Source of the DNA: Candidatus Hydrogenedentota bacterium
Lineage (GTDB): Bacteria > Hydrogenedentota > Hydrogenedentia > Hydrogenedentales > SLHB01
DNA length: 64,000 nucleotides
Reading direction: 5' to 3'
Assembly: GCA_034408725.1 (NCBI GenBank)
Contig: JAWXCN010000032.1
Location: 1-64,000 of the forward strand
Shown here one piece after another: positions 29,767 through 39,800 of the stretch. Within the stretch, counting starts at the first letter, position 1. The number at the start of each line of letters is the position of its first letter. Under the pieces are notes generated by a model that saw only the letters and a program-made list of their open reading frames with translations, had not been told where the DNA came from and ran no database searches. Made by a program: the position numbers and the translations under genes.

Positions 29767-30114
29767 TTACAGATTACCCTTCGGCATCTTGGGTTCTCGC
29801 AAGGACAATTCCTGCGCCAGATTCTTCACTTCCGTTTCCAACCGCGAAATCTTGACGCTAAACTGCAAACACAACGTCACAACAAAGAATATCCCGAAGA
29901 AAAACAGCGTTGATGATGTCCAACCCGCCCCAATGAGTTTGGTGATCCATTCCAGAAGCGCGTAGTTGAGCCCCACAACGACAATCGCAAGGCCCGCGCA
30001 AATCCACAGCCACGAGTATTCCACACGCAGTTTTCTGCGCCGAACCAATTCGATGATAAACGCCAACAACGTGATACCGAAAACTGCCGCGAGTATTTTT
30101 TGTCGAATGTCCAC
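29767..30114 (-). CDS. DUF2304 family membrane protein
   Basis: ELVRRRKL..EYS.LW, three TM segments, S.LE..VK.LAQEL; next to a GT2. Confidence 0.85.
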   Translation of the reverse strand: MDIRQKILAAVFGITLLAFIIELVRRRKLRVEYSWLWICAGLAIVVVGLNYALLEWITKLIGAGWTSSTLFFFGIFFVVTLCLQFSVKISRLETEVKNLAQELSLREPKMPKGNL

Positions 30115-30176
30115 TGTAGGCTCCGTGGTGTGTTTGACGATCTGTCGGATCAGTCCGATCAGCCGGATTTTTGGTA

Positions 30177-30881
30177 TCAGCCGTCTCCGCGCCGTATGAG
30201 ATTCAGCGGAATATCCAACCCCATCCGGAACAGGTAATACAACGGGCGCAACCCCGCGTGCATAGATTTACCAGCGCTTGGAAACATTGTCACCGGCAAT
30301 TCCGCGATCCGCACGCCATGCCGGTGCAGCATCACGATGACATCCACGTCGGGATAATCAACGGGATAAGAGTCGTGCGCATACAACTCGAGTACGCGCC
30401 GGTTCATGGCCTGAAAGCCGCTCGTCGGATCAGTGATGGTTTGGCCAAGCAACAACGACGCGAGCCGGCGGAACACAAACATTCCCGCGCGCCGCGCAAG
30501 CGGTATCGCGTAAGTGCCACCTTCGAGAAATCGCGACCCGATGCACAAATCACTTTTGCCGTCACGGACGTATTCGAGCAACCGCGGCATGCAGGCGGGA
30601 TTATGTTGTCCGTCTGCATCAAGCTGCACTACGTATTGGAAACCCGCGCGCAACGCGTACTTGTATCCCGTCTGCAATGCCACGCCGTAACCGAGATTGT
30701 AGGGCAGCGACAGGACGATTGCGCCTGCTTCAAGCGCGCGGTCCACGGTCGCGTCGCGTGAGCCGTCATCGATTACAACTATTGTGGTATTTGGGAGGGC
30801 ATCGTGCACGAGCGCTATGACACGGCCAATGTTGGATTCCTCGTTAAAGGCAGGCAGAAGAATCAGGGTGTCGTTGCGCAT
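30177..30881 (-). CDS. Glycosyltransferase family 2 (DPM1-like)
   Basis: LPAFNEE, IDDGS.D, N.GYG.A, QLDADGQH, DPTSGF. Confidence 0.93.
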   Translation of the reverse strand: MRNDTLILLPAFNEESNIGRVIALVHDALPNTTIVVIDDGSRDATVDRALEAGAIVLSLPYNLGYGVALQTGYKYALRAGFQYVVQLDADGQHNPACMPRLLEYVRDGKSDLCIGSRFLEGGTYAIPLARRAGMFVFRRLASLLLGQTITDPTSGFQAMNRRVLELYAHDSYPVDYPDVDVIVMLHRHGVRIAELPVTMFPSAGKSMHAGLRPLYYLFRMGLDIPLNLIRRGDG

Positions 30882-30887
30882 GGCGGA

Positions 30888-30916
30888 AGTGTAAACCGGG
30901 GGTAACCAATCGTCAA
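30888..30916 (-). promoter_or_regulatory. Sigma70 promoter directly before GT2 ATG (leaderless)
   Basis: Minus strand TTGACG-N17-TACACT-N6-ATG. Confidence 0.6.
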
Positions 30917-31053
30917 CCGTCGCGGCTATATGTTGCTGCACGATGCGGCCGCGTGAGTCTAGGTATTGCCTGAACGCAGCGATTGACGGGGATAAGTTTG
31001 GAGTTGAACCTGCCGCGCCAAAACCGATGAATTCGGCGCTATGCAGCGCGGTT

Positions 31054-32526
31054 TTATTGAATGTACGGTGTGATTTCCAGGTCCCATCGACTTAATGTGA
31101 CTGATTCAACATGCCCGTCGAGAAAAACTACCCCCCGCGCGGGCTGGTGTTCTGGCATTGCCGGCAGCAATTCGCGTGAAACCGCAACCGGCACGTCGCT
31201 GGCCAGCCTTGAGCGGCTCCAGGAGGGCATTTCGTCCCAAACAAGTGGAGCATTCTGTGGGTCTATCTCTGCGGCGAACTCGATCAATTCACGTTCGGTT
31301 CGCGCGGGAGTTATCAAGTCGTAAGACAGATTTCCCTCTGCGACCCAAGGCGAATGCAGTATGTAAGGGTCCGCAAGATATTCGGGATATAGGGAGAACC
31401 ATCCAGCGGGAAGATAGCCATTGTGCTCCCCCTGGAACATTTTCAGGGCAAGTCCAAGCAGTTTGAGGTTCATGAATTCCTGATTGCGCAATTCCTCCTG
31501 GGTAACGCCTTGCGCGGGACGCTCTTCGCCTGATAGCGGGAGCTGCGCGTCGCCTCGGTCCGTGGCCAGAAGGACCAGCGTCGGATTCTCAAATTCAATC
31601 TGCGCGATCGGCTTGTAGACTGGCGTCTCTCCGCCCCAGACTTCCCGTAGCCGCCGCTCCAGTTCAGTGAGGTTTTCCGCCGTTGGATTCTTTCGCAGTC
31701 CGAGCAGTTCTTCTTTCGGAAGACTCACCGTACTGCCTCTCTGTCCCGCCGCGAGATAGGTGATTTTCCGGCCGGGTTGATTGTCGAGGATCGATGGATC
31801 ATCCAGAAAATCAGGCACGAGTTGGTTCAAGGAGACAGGAAAGGAACCATGATGCGCGGCAGCAAAATCCAACAATGCCTGCGCGAGTTTCGTGACTTCG
31901 GACATGCGCCGCGCTCGCAGATCGATGGCTTCCTGTTCTTGTAGTATTTGCGCTTCCGGGAGTCTGATCAGTTTCATCCCTCCGTCGTCCATGGAGTAAA
32001 ACTCCCCATTGAACGTGAACCAGCTTTGGCCGATGGCTTCGGTCAACGTTGGGTTGAGTTGTCCCTCGAACACGCGGGCAATGTTTTCCCGGGGTTCAAA
32101 TGTGAGGATCAGTCGCAGCCCTGTTTCAACCTTTGCTTTTGCGCTATCGGAATTCCCGCCAGTTACATTGAGCACGGCGCCATCGTGTTTGAATTGAAGC
32201 CGTCCACGTGAAAATTCCTCGCCGGTATCAGCGATGGTGAAACGTTCCCACGTTCCATCAAGTTTGGGTGCAATGTCGAGCTCTTCGGCTGCCGTAGGCT
32301 CCTCGACTGGTAGCGCGGCCGCGGGCATCACCGTTGGCGCGGCTTGTGGCGGTAGTTCCGGCGGGGTCGGGGCTGGTGCTGGCGATGCACTTCTGGAAGC
32401 GACTGGCTTGATTGGAGTTGGAGCGTCATCGGTCCGCGCGACGAAGTAAACCGCGACGCCGGCTACAACAGCCAGAACCAATATTTGGATGGACTTCATG
32501 ATCGCGCGGACTGGTGGAGTGATCAT
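31054..32526 (-). CDS. Membrane-anchored protein with pseudopilin-like helices and H-X9-DG C-terminus
   Basis: N-terminal TM, Pro-rich linker, FP.SL.QLVP.FL, NLKLLGLALKMF, HQPARGVVFLDGHVE. Confidence 0.75.
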   Translation of the reverse strand: MITPPVRAIMKSIQILVLAVVAGVAVYFVARTDDAPTPIKPVASRSASPAPAPTPPELPPQAAPTVMPAAALPVEEPTAAEELDIAPKLDGTWERFTIADTGEEFSRGRLQFKHDGAVLNVTGGNSDSAKAKVETGLRLILTFEPRENIARVFEGQLNPTLTEAIGQSWFTFNGEFYSMDDGGMKLIRLPEAQILQEQEAIDLRARRMSEVTKLAQALLDFAAAHHGSFPVSLNQLVPDFLDDPSILDNQPGRKITYLAAGQRGSTVSLPKEELLGLRKNPTAENLTELERRLREVWGGETPVYKPIAQIEFENPTLVLLATDRGDAQLPLSGEERPAQGVTQEELRNQEFMNLKLLGLALKMFQGEHNGYLPAGWFSLYPEYLADPYILHSPWVAEGNLSYDLITPARTERELIEFAAEIDPQNAPLVWDEMPSWSRSRLASDVPVAVSRELLPAMPEHQPARGVVFLDGHVESVTLSRWDLEITPYIQ

Positions 32527-32708
32527 AGAAAACTCCCTGTATTGTTTACTGTAAATGGCGGCAGGGGTGTAAAGCGATCTATTGGTTGGCGACGGGACAT
32601 GCTGGTCTTTTGGCAAACGAGGCGGTGCGAACGCGGATTATCGAGCAACGATTGCGATGACCAGCACGAGCAGGAAAAAATAGGACGAGTATGAGGGATT
32701 GGGTGAAT

Positions 32709-32840
32709 GGAGACCCTACGGTCGGGGGGAGTGGCGCGGTCGGAGACCGGCCACAACGGCAGTACGTGGCGAACGCCGATTATCGAGTAACGGGCACGAG
32801 CACGAGCCGAACACGAGCCGAACACGATCGAGAGCACGAG
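32709..32840. repeat. REP-like unit GTGGCGCGGTCG(G)GAGACCGGCCACAAC plus CACGAG-type microsatellite
   Basis: Near-identical core at 45318-45366, 52403-52451 and 52663-52710. Confidence 0.8.
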
Positions 32841-32895
32841 GATATACTAAATTCCGATCGGGGGCTTTTGTGCGAGGTAGCTGGAGGAGTCGATT

Positions 32896-33621
32896 GTGAG
32901 TGGTACATTGAATCGTGAGCCGGTGCGTTACGTCACGGTCGAAGAAATGCGCGAGGCGGACCGGCGTTGCATCGAGGACATCGGCATTCCTGGCGCGGTG
33001 TTGATGAACAACGCGGGGGCCGCAGTGTTTCGCGAGGTGGATTCCGGGCCGGTGGGCATCGTGTGCGGGAAGGGGAACAACGGTGGCGACGGGTTCGTCG
33101 TCGCGCGGCTGGCTTTATTGGCGGGGTACGGCACGCGCGTAGTTCTCGTTGCTGAACCTGAGTCCATTAGCGGCGATGCCGCGACCTTCATGCGGGTGTA
33201 CGAGCGGCTGGGCGGCAGAATTGATGTCGCCCTGACTGAACTGAAAGCGGCGAATGAGCTGACCGCGTTGTCGTCGTGCCATGTCTTGATTGATGCGCTG
33301 TTGGGCACCGGCATGCAAGGCGACGTGCGCGGACCCGCGCGCGCGGCGATTGACGCCTGGCCCGACGTTAGGACTATCGCAGTGGATTTGCCGTCGGGGC
33401 TTCACGCGGATACGGGAGAAATTTGTGGTGCGTGTGTGCGCGCTGATGTCACGGTCACGTTTCAGTACCCGAAACGGGGATTCCAGAACCCAGCGGCGGC
33501 AGAGTATGTGGGCCGGTTGGCGATCGCGGATATAGGAATTCCGGCCAGTTGTATCGAGGGAGGAAGGGGGGAAGGCAGGAAGCGAGGAAGCGAGGAAGTT
33601 AGGAAGCAAGAGTGTGAGTAG
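32896..33621 (+). CDS. nnrE: NAD(P)H-hydrate epimerase (stand-alone YjeF N-terminal domain)
   Basis: EMREAD, LMNNAG, CGKGNNGGDG, DALLGTG, AVDLPSG. Confidence 0.92.
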   Translation: MSGTLNREPVRYVTVEEMREADRRCIEDIGIPGAVLMNNAGAAVFREVDSGPVGIVCGKGNNGGDGFVVARLALLAGYGTRVVLVAEPESISGDAATFMRVYERLGGRIDVALTELKAANELTALSSCHVLIDALLGTGMQGDVRGPARAAIDAWPDVRTIAVDLPSGLHADTGEICGACVRADVTVTFQYPKRGFQNPAAAEYVGRLAIADIGIPASCIEGGRGEGRKRGSEEVRKQECE

Positions 33622-33631
33622 GGAATGTCGT

Positions 33632-33880
33632 TTACTTCCGAACGCTAATCCATCCAATTTCTATTTCCTCGAATACAAGCTCGGCCGGTATGGGTACGGA
33701 TGATCCCGCAACGAAGTCGTTATGACGACGTTCGACTTCATCAGCCCACGTAGCATCGATTTCAGGATCGATACCCGACGTATCGGGTAGCGAATCAAGT
33801 AAATGCGCAACGAGTTGGAATCTGTCGTATTCATCCAATAGAAGGGCTTCATTTTTCAGATCGTCCAGTGTGCGCGGCAT
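33632..33880 (-). CDS. Putative addiction-module antitoxin (TIGR02574-like)
   Basis: L..EAL.L...DR..L...LLDSL...EIDATWADEVERR...G. Confidence 0.8.
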   Translation of the reverse strand: MPRTLDDLKNEALLLDEYDRFQLVAHLLDSLPDTSGIDPEIDATWADEVERRHNDFVAGSSVPIPAELVFEEIEIGWISVRK

Positions 33881-33911
33881 TTCAACGGACCTCCAGACAG
33901 AAAACCGATTG

Positions 33912-34691
33912 CTACACGTAAACCGTGCCTTCCGAGTATAGCACGGCGTTTCCTGCAATCGACACGCGAGCGCCGCGGTCTTCGCACCAGATTTCGCCGG
34001 TGCGGGCGGAGATTTGGCGGGCGAACAATGTTTTCTTTTTCAGCCGTTGTGACCAGTACGGGATTAGCGTGCAATGCGCGGAACCCGTCACCGGGTCTTC
34101 GTTGATGCCTTGGGCGGGCGCGAAAAAGCGGGACACGAAATCGCAGTCCTTGCCTGGGGCAGTGGCGATGACGGCAAACCGGTCGAGGCCATTCAGTAGT
34201 TCGAAATCCGGGGAAAGTGCGCGGACCTGATCCTCGTTGTCGAAGACGCAAAAGTAGTCGCGCGCCGCGAGGGTTACACCGGGTTGCGCGCCGAGTCCCG
34301 AAACGAGATTTGGGTGTGGTGCGCACGGTTCCGGCGGACGGCTCGGGAAATCCATCTCGAAATTGTCTCCACTCTTCGCGACGACCAGTTCGCCGCTGGC
34401 GGTTTGAAAGCGTATTGATTCGCCGCTGAATTGCAGATGGTTGAACAAAACGAATGCACTCGCCAGCGTGGCATGTCCGCAAAGGTCAACCTCGACCGCC
34501 GGGGTGAACCAGCGCAAGCGGAAATGGCCATTCTCCGGAACGAAGAACGCGGTTTCCGACAGGTTGTTTTCCGCCGCGATGGCCTGAAGTGTGGAATCTT
34601 CCAGCCATGTTTCGAGCGGACAGACGGCGGCGGGATTTCCGCTGAATGGTTGCGTGGTGAATGCGTCTACGTGATATACCGGAATGCGCAC
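33912..34691 (-). CDS. PhzF family isomerase/epimerase
   Basis: VDAFT..PF.GNPAAV, NLSETAF, EVDLCGHATLA, EDPVTGSAH. Confidence 0.93.
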   Translation of the reverse strand: MRIPVYHVDAFTTQPFSGNPAAVCPLETWLEDSTLQAIAAENNLSETAFFVPENGHFRLRWFTPAVEVDLCGHATLASAFVLFNHLQFSGESIRFQTASGELVVAKSGDNFEMDFPSRPPEPCAPHPNLVSGLGAQPGVTLAARDYFCVFDNEDQVRALSPDFELLNGLDRFAVIATAPGKDCDFVSRFFAPAQGINEDPVTGSAHCTLIPYWSQRLKKKTLFARQISARTGEIWCEDRGARVSIAGNAVLYSEGTVYV

Positions 34692-34971
34692 AGGAGTTCT
34701 CCAATCGGTAGTTGTCTAATGGCTCCGCATGCGCACCATATTAGTCCGTTTCGTTGTTTTTGCGGCCAAGGAGTGATAGACTTGCTATAATCTTGCTCTA
34801 ACGTTATGCAGCGGAGTTGGTTAGCGCGTATGCCCGGAGCAGGGATTCCAAGGGATTCGCGTGATACAAGTCCGCAACCGTGCAGCGAATTCCGCAGTCT
34901 AAGGATTTGCAGGAGTCTGTCCGAGGGACGACGGCTTCCTCCTTAATGAGGATCGGTACGGAGTATATCGA

Positions 34972-36777
34972 ATGACGACAGCATCGGCAGCCGTAGCGTG
35001 GGCGCCACAAACCAGTGAAATTGAAAGCCGGGCGCAAAATGCCGGTATTCCCATCCATGCCAACACCGTGGACGAAGTATTGCGCATTCGTGCGGAAGCG
35101 CATCCGGACGAGATTGCCTACGTCTTTCTCGAAGACGGCGAAGTTGAAGGCCCTTCGTATACCTATGCGCAGTTGGACCGCCGCGCAAAGGCGATCGCCG
35201 CGTATCTGTTGGAGCAATGCAACCCGGGCGACCGAGCGCTGCTGATTTTCCCGCCTGGCCTGGATTATATGGCCGCATTTTTTGGGTGCTTATACGCGGG
35301 CGTCGTGGCGGTGCCCGTGTATCCGCCCGATCCGGGCCGGTTAAACCGGAGCCTTCCGCGACTAAAAGTTATCGCGAACGACGCGGACACGCATATCGCG
35401 TTGACGACGAATTACGTGATGCCGTTGTGCGAAATGTTTTCCGCGCAGGACCCGGACTTCGCAAAGTTCACTTGGATGCCGGTGGACTCCATTCCGGATG
35501 AGAAGGCTGACAGTTGGCGCGGCGAAATCTCGAAGTCTGACAGCGTCGCGTTTCTACAGTACACTTCCGGATCCACGGCGGACCCGAAAGGCGTGATGGT
35601 CACGCATGCAAACCTCCTCTACAACCTTTGGGATTTGAGCTATCTCTGGCATAGCGAAATGGCGCGGGGACGGCTGGTGACGTGGTTGCCGGCGTACCAC
35701 GACATGGGGCTGATCTTTGGTCTGTTGTATCCCATGTATCTGCGGTGGCCGTGCTACGTGATGTCGCCGCTTGCGTTCTTGCAGCATCCAGTTCGATGGT
35801 TGCAGGCGATTGCCAAGTACAAGGCGACGTACAGTTGCGCGCCGAATTTCGCGTTTGATTTGTGTTCGCGAAAGGTTACCGCGGCGCAAAAGGCGTCCCT
35901 TGATCTGTCGTCATGGAGTGTTGCGGGAAACGGGTCCGAACCGATCCGGCCTGAAACGCTTGAAAGGTTTGTCGAAGCATTCAAGGAATGTGGCATAACG
36001 CCGAGCCTATTCAAACCCGGTTATGGTCTTGCCGAAGCCACGTTGAAGGTGTGCGGCACGCGACCGGACGAAATGTACTGGACACTGTCGGTTTCGGGTG
36101 AAGAACTTGAGCACCATCGTGTAGTCATTGTTGCGCGCGACACTCCTGGCGCGCGCACGCTCGTGGGCAACGGCCGCTCGCATCTCACCACGCGCACGAT
36201 CATAGTTGATCGCGACACGGGCATTCAGTGCAAACCGGATACGGTCGGCGAAATATGGGTCGCGGGGCCGACAATTGCCAACGGCTATTGGAACCAGCCT
36301 GAAGCGACGGATGAAATTTTTAATGCGCGGCTGTCGGACACCAACGAAGGGCCGTTCTTGCGCACGGGCGATCTGGGATTCCTTCACGATGGGGTCGTGT
36401 ACGTCACGGGTCGAATCAAGGACCTGATTATTGTCGACGGCGCGAACCATTACCCGCAGGACATCGAAATCGCGGTCGAGAAAAGTCACGCCGCCATTCG
36501 GCCCGGGTGCGTCATTGCGTTCTCAATTGTGGAGAACGGCGAAGAAAAACTGGTCGTCGTGGCCGAGGCCGGCGGCATCCCTGAAGGGGACAACGAAGCG
36601 AAGCCGGTCATTACGGCTGTGCGCAAAGCCGTCGCGCAGGAACACAATTTGCGGGTCCATAAAGTATGTTTGATCCAGCCGCGCTCAATCACAAAAACCA
36701 GTAGCGGAAAGTTGCAGCGGCAAGCGTCGAAGCGCGGCTACCTGGAAGACACACTCGACGTCATTGCGGTCGGATAG
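34972..36777 (+). CDS. Fatty acyl-AMP ligase (FAAL)
   Basis: FLQYTSGST..PKGV, WLP.YHDMGLI, APNFAF, GYGLAEATL, FAAL-type insertion, LRTGDLGF, KTSSGKLQR. Confidence 0.93.
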   Translation: MTTASAAVAWAPQTSEIESRAQNAGIPIHANTVDEVLRIRAEAHPDEIAYVFLEDGEVEGPSYTYAQLDRRAKAIAAYLLEQCNPGDRALLIFPPGLDYMAAFFGCLYAGVVAVPVYPPDPGRLNRSLPRLKVIANDADTHIALTTNYVMPLCEMFSAQDPDFAKFTWMPVDSIPDEKADSWRGEISKSDSVAFLQYTSGSTADPKGVMVTHANLLYNLWDLSYLWHSEMARGRLVTWLPAYHDMGLIFGLLYPMYLRWPCYVMSPLAFLQHPVRWLQAIAKYKATYSCAPNFAFDLCSRKVTAAQKASLDLSSWSVAGNGSEPIRPETLERFVEAFKECGITPSLFKPGYGLAEATLKVCGTRPDEMYWTLSVSGEELEHHRVVIVARDTPGARTLVGNGRSHLTTRTIIVDRDTGIQCKPDTVGEIWVAGPTIANGYWNQPEATDEIFNARLSDTNEGPFLRTGDLGFLHDGVVYVTGRIKDLIIVDGANHYPQDIEIAVEKSHAAIRPGCVIAFSIVENGEEKLVVVAEAGGIPEGDNEAKPVITAVRKAVAQEHNLRVHKVCLIQPRSITKTSSGKLQRQASKRGYLEDTLDVIAVG

Positions 36778-36816
36778 GCATTTGGCCACCTTGGCCTGAA
36801 TTTAGGATGGTTTCCA

Positions 36817-39800
36817 TTGCAGAGTAAAGAAGCGATTCAAGCCTGGATCATCGCCCACCTTTCGGAAGAGACGGGCATTGATGCGCGCGAGATCGATCCT
36901 AACGCGGCATTTGATGATCTCGGTGTCGCCTCGCGCGACGCGGTGACCCTGTCGGGCGATTTGGAAGATTGGCTTGGCCGTACGTTGTCCCCGACGTTGT
37001 TGTGGGACCATCCGTCGATTGCGGCTCTGGCCGAACATCTTGCGGGCGGAGCGCCTCTGGCTGGAAGCGCAACGGCGCACGTGCTCGTGGCGGAAGTTCA
37101 CGAACCCATTGCAATCATAGGAATTGGCCTTAAGGTTCCGGGTGCGTCATCGCCATCTGAATTTTGGTCAATGTTGATCGAGGGCCGGGACGCCATTGGC
37201 GCCGTGCCCGCGGATCGCTGGGACAACGCGGCCTATTACGATCCCAACCCCGGCACGGCCGGAAAAATGTACACGGAACGCGGCGGTTTTCTCGATCGCG
37301 TCGATTTGTTTGATGCCGATTTTTTCGGAATCCCGCCGCGCGAAGCGGCGCGTATGGATCCTCAGCAGCGGTTGTTGATCGAGGCGGCGTGGGAAGCACT
37401 CGAAGACGCGGGCATCGCGCCGCCGAGTCTCGCGGGCAGCGACACGTCGGTGTTCGTTGGCATCAGTTCGAGCGATTACGCGCAGCTTCAAATGAGCGAT
37501 CCATCCCTGGTTGATGCCTACGCAGGCACGGGAAACGCGCACAGCCTCGCGGCAAACCGGATTTCATATTTCCTTGATCTGCGCGGGCCGAGCGTTGCGA
37601 TTGATACGGCGTGTTCGTCGTCCTTGGTCGCAGTGCATCAGGCCGTGGGTAGTTTGCGTAAGGGCGAGAGCAGTATCGCGCTCGCGGGCGGAGTCAACGT
37701 GCTGCTCTCACCAGAAGTGAACATGGTGTTTTCGCATGCGCGCATGATGGCGCCGGACGGACGTTGCAAAACTTTTGACGCAACCGCGGACGGATATGTG
37801 CGGGGCGAGGGTTGCGGCGTCGTGGTGTTGAAACGCCTTTCCCGCGCGGTGGCCGATGGCGATTCGATCTATGCCGTGATTCGCGGTACCGCTATCAACC
37901 ACGATGGACGAAGCAATGGCATTACCGCTCCGAACGGGTTGGCGCAACAGGACGTGATTCGCCGCGCACTGGCCGATGCGGGCCTGCAATCAACCGACGT
38001 GGGATATGTCGAAGCACACGGCACGGGCACGTCGCTCGGCGATCCCATTGAAGTCGAGTCTTTGAAAGCGGTGCTGTTGCCGTCGCGCGACGCGAATGCG
38101 CCGGTCGTGCTTGGCGCGTTGAAAACAAATATAGGCCACCTTGAGGCCGCTGCGGGGATTGTGGGTTTGATTAAGACCGCGCTGGTGCTCGACAAAGGTG
38201 TGATACCCGCGACGCTGCACGTGCGCGAGGTGAACCCGCTGATCCAGTTGGACGGCACGCCGATGCGAATCGCTGTCGAACAGGAGCCGTGGCCGCGGGG
38301 AGCGCGTCCGCGTATCGCCGGCGTCAGCTCATTCGGGTTCGGCGGTGCGAACGCGCACGCGGTGCTTGAAGAAGCGCCAGAAACCGCAAACAAGAAACCG
38401 GCACATGAAGACCGTCCGCAGCACGTGCTTGCGTTGTCCGCAAAGACTGAATCCGCGTTGCGAACGTTGGCGGGCTCATACGCAAACGAATTGAACACGC
38501 ATCCGGGTTCTTTTCCGGACTTTTGCTACACCGCGAACATTGGCCGCTCGGGACTCGAGAATCGCGCGTCGATACTTGGCTCGAACGCGGCGGACGCAGT
38601 CGCTGCGCTTCGGGAAATTGCCCAAGGCGAAACGCCGAAACCGGTGGTGGCCGGCACGGCGCCGCGCGGCGCTTCAACGCCGGTTGCATTTTTATTTACG
38701 GGCCAGGGTTCGCAGTTTGTACAAATGGGCCGTGGATTGTATGAAAGCAACCCGGTATTCCGGCGCGTCATGCAGGAATGCGACGAAGTACTGGGCACGC
38801 GGCTTGACAAGCCACTGTTGGACATCATCTATCCACGCGAGGGCGAGACTTCGCCGTTGGATGAAACGGCGTATACCCAGCCCGCGTTGTTTGCAATTGA
38901 ATATGCGTTATCCGAAGTCTGGCGTTCATGGGGCGTCACGCCCGCGTGCGTGATGGGCCACAGCGTGGGCGAGTACGTCGCCGCGTGCGTCGCGGGCGTG
39001 TTCACCTTCGAGGACGGCTTAAAACTTATCACCGAGCGCGCGCGCCTGATGGGCGCGATGCCGCCGGGCGGAACGATGGCCGCCGTGCTTATAGATGCGG
39101 AGACGGTGAAACTTGGACTTGCCGAACATGCCGGCGCGGTGACGATCGCTGCCGTGAACGGACCTGCGAACACGGTCATATCCGGTGCGGAAGAACTGGT
39201 TGATGCGATTTGCGCGCAGTTCAAAGCGCAGGGCATCAAATCTGTCAAGCTGGCGGTATCGCATGCGTTTCATTCGCCGCTGATGGACCCGATGCTCGAG
39301 CCGTTCGAAAAGTTTGCCGCGGGATTCACGTTTAAGCCGCCGCGTATTCCGCTCGTATCCAATCTGATTGGACAGATTCCTGCCGCGGATTTTGCGTTCG
39401 ATGCAGCCTACTGGCGCAAACACCTTCGCGAAGCGGTGCAATTCCATGCCGGCATTCAGTCGATGGTGAGCCGCGGCTACACAACATTCGTCGAGGCGGG
39501 ACCGCAGGCAACGCTGTCGAGTATGGCTGCGCGATGTGTCGAAAAGGACGCCGCCGCGTGGTTGCCGTCGCTTGCGAAAGGCCAGGACGATTGGCACGTA
39601 ATATTGCGGTCCCTGCAAACGCTGTATGTAAAGGGCGCATCGATAAACTGGAAAAGTTTCGATGCCCCCTATTCGCGCGCGCGCGTTCCGATTCCCACGT
39701 ATCCGTTCGAGCGTAAGCGGCATTGGCTTGATGTAAATGCGCAAGTCGCGGGCGCACCGGTTAAAAAAACGCATCCGATGCCAACACGCTTGCCATCAAA

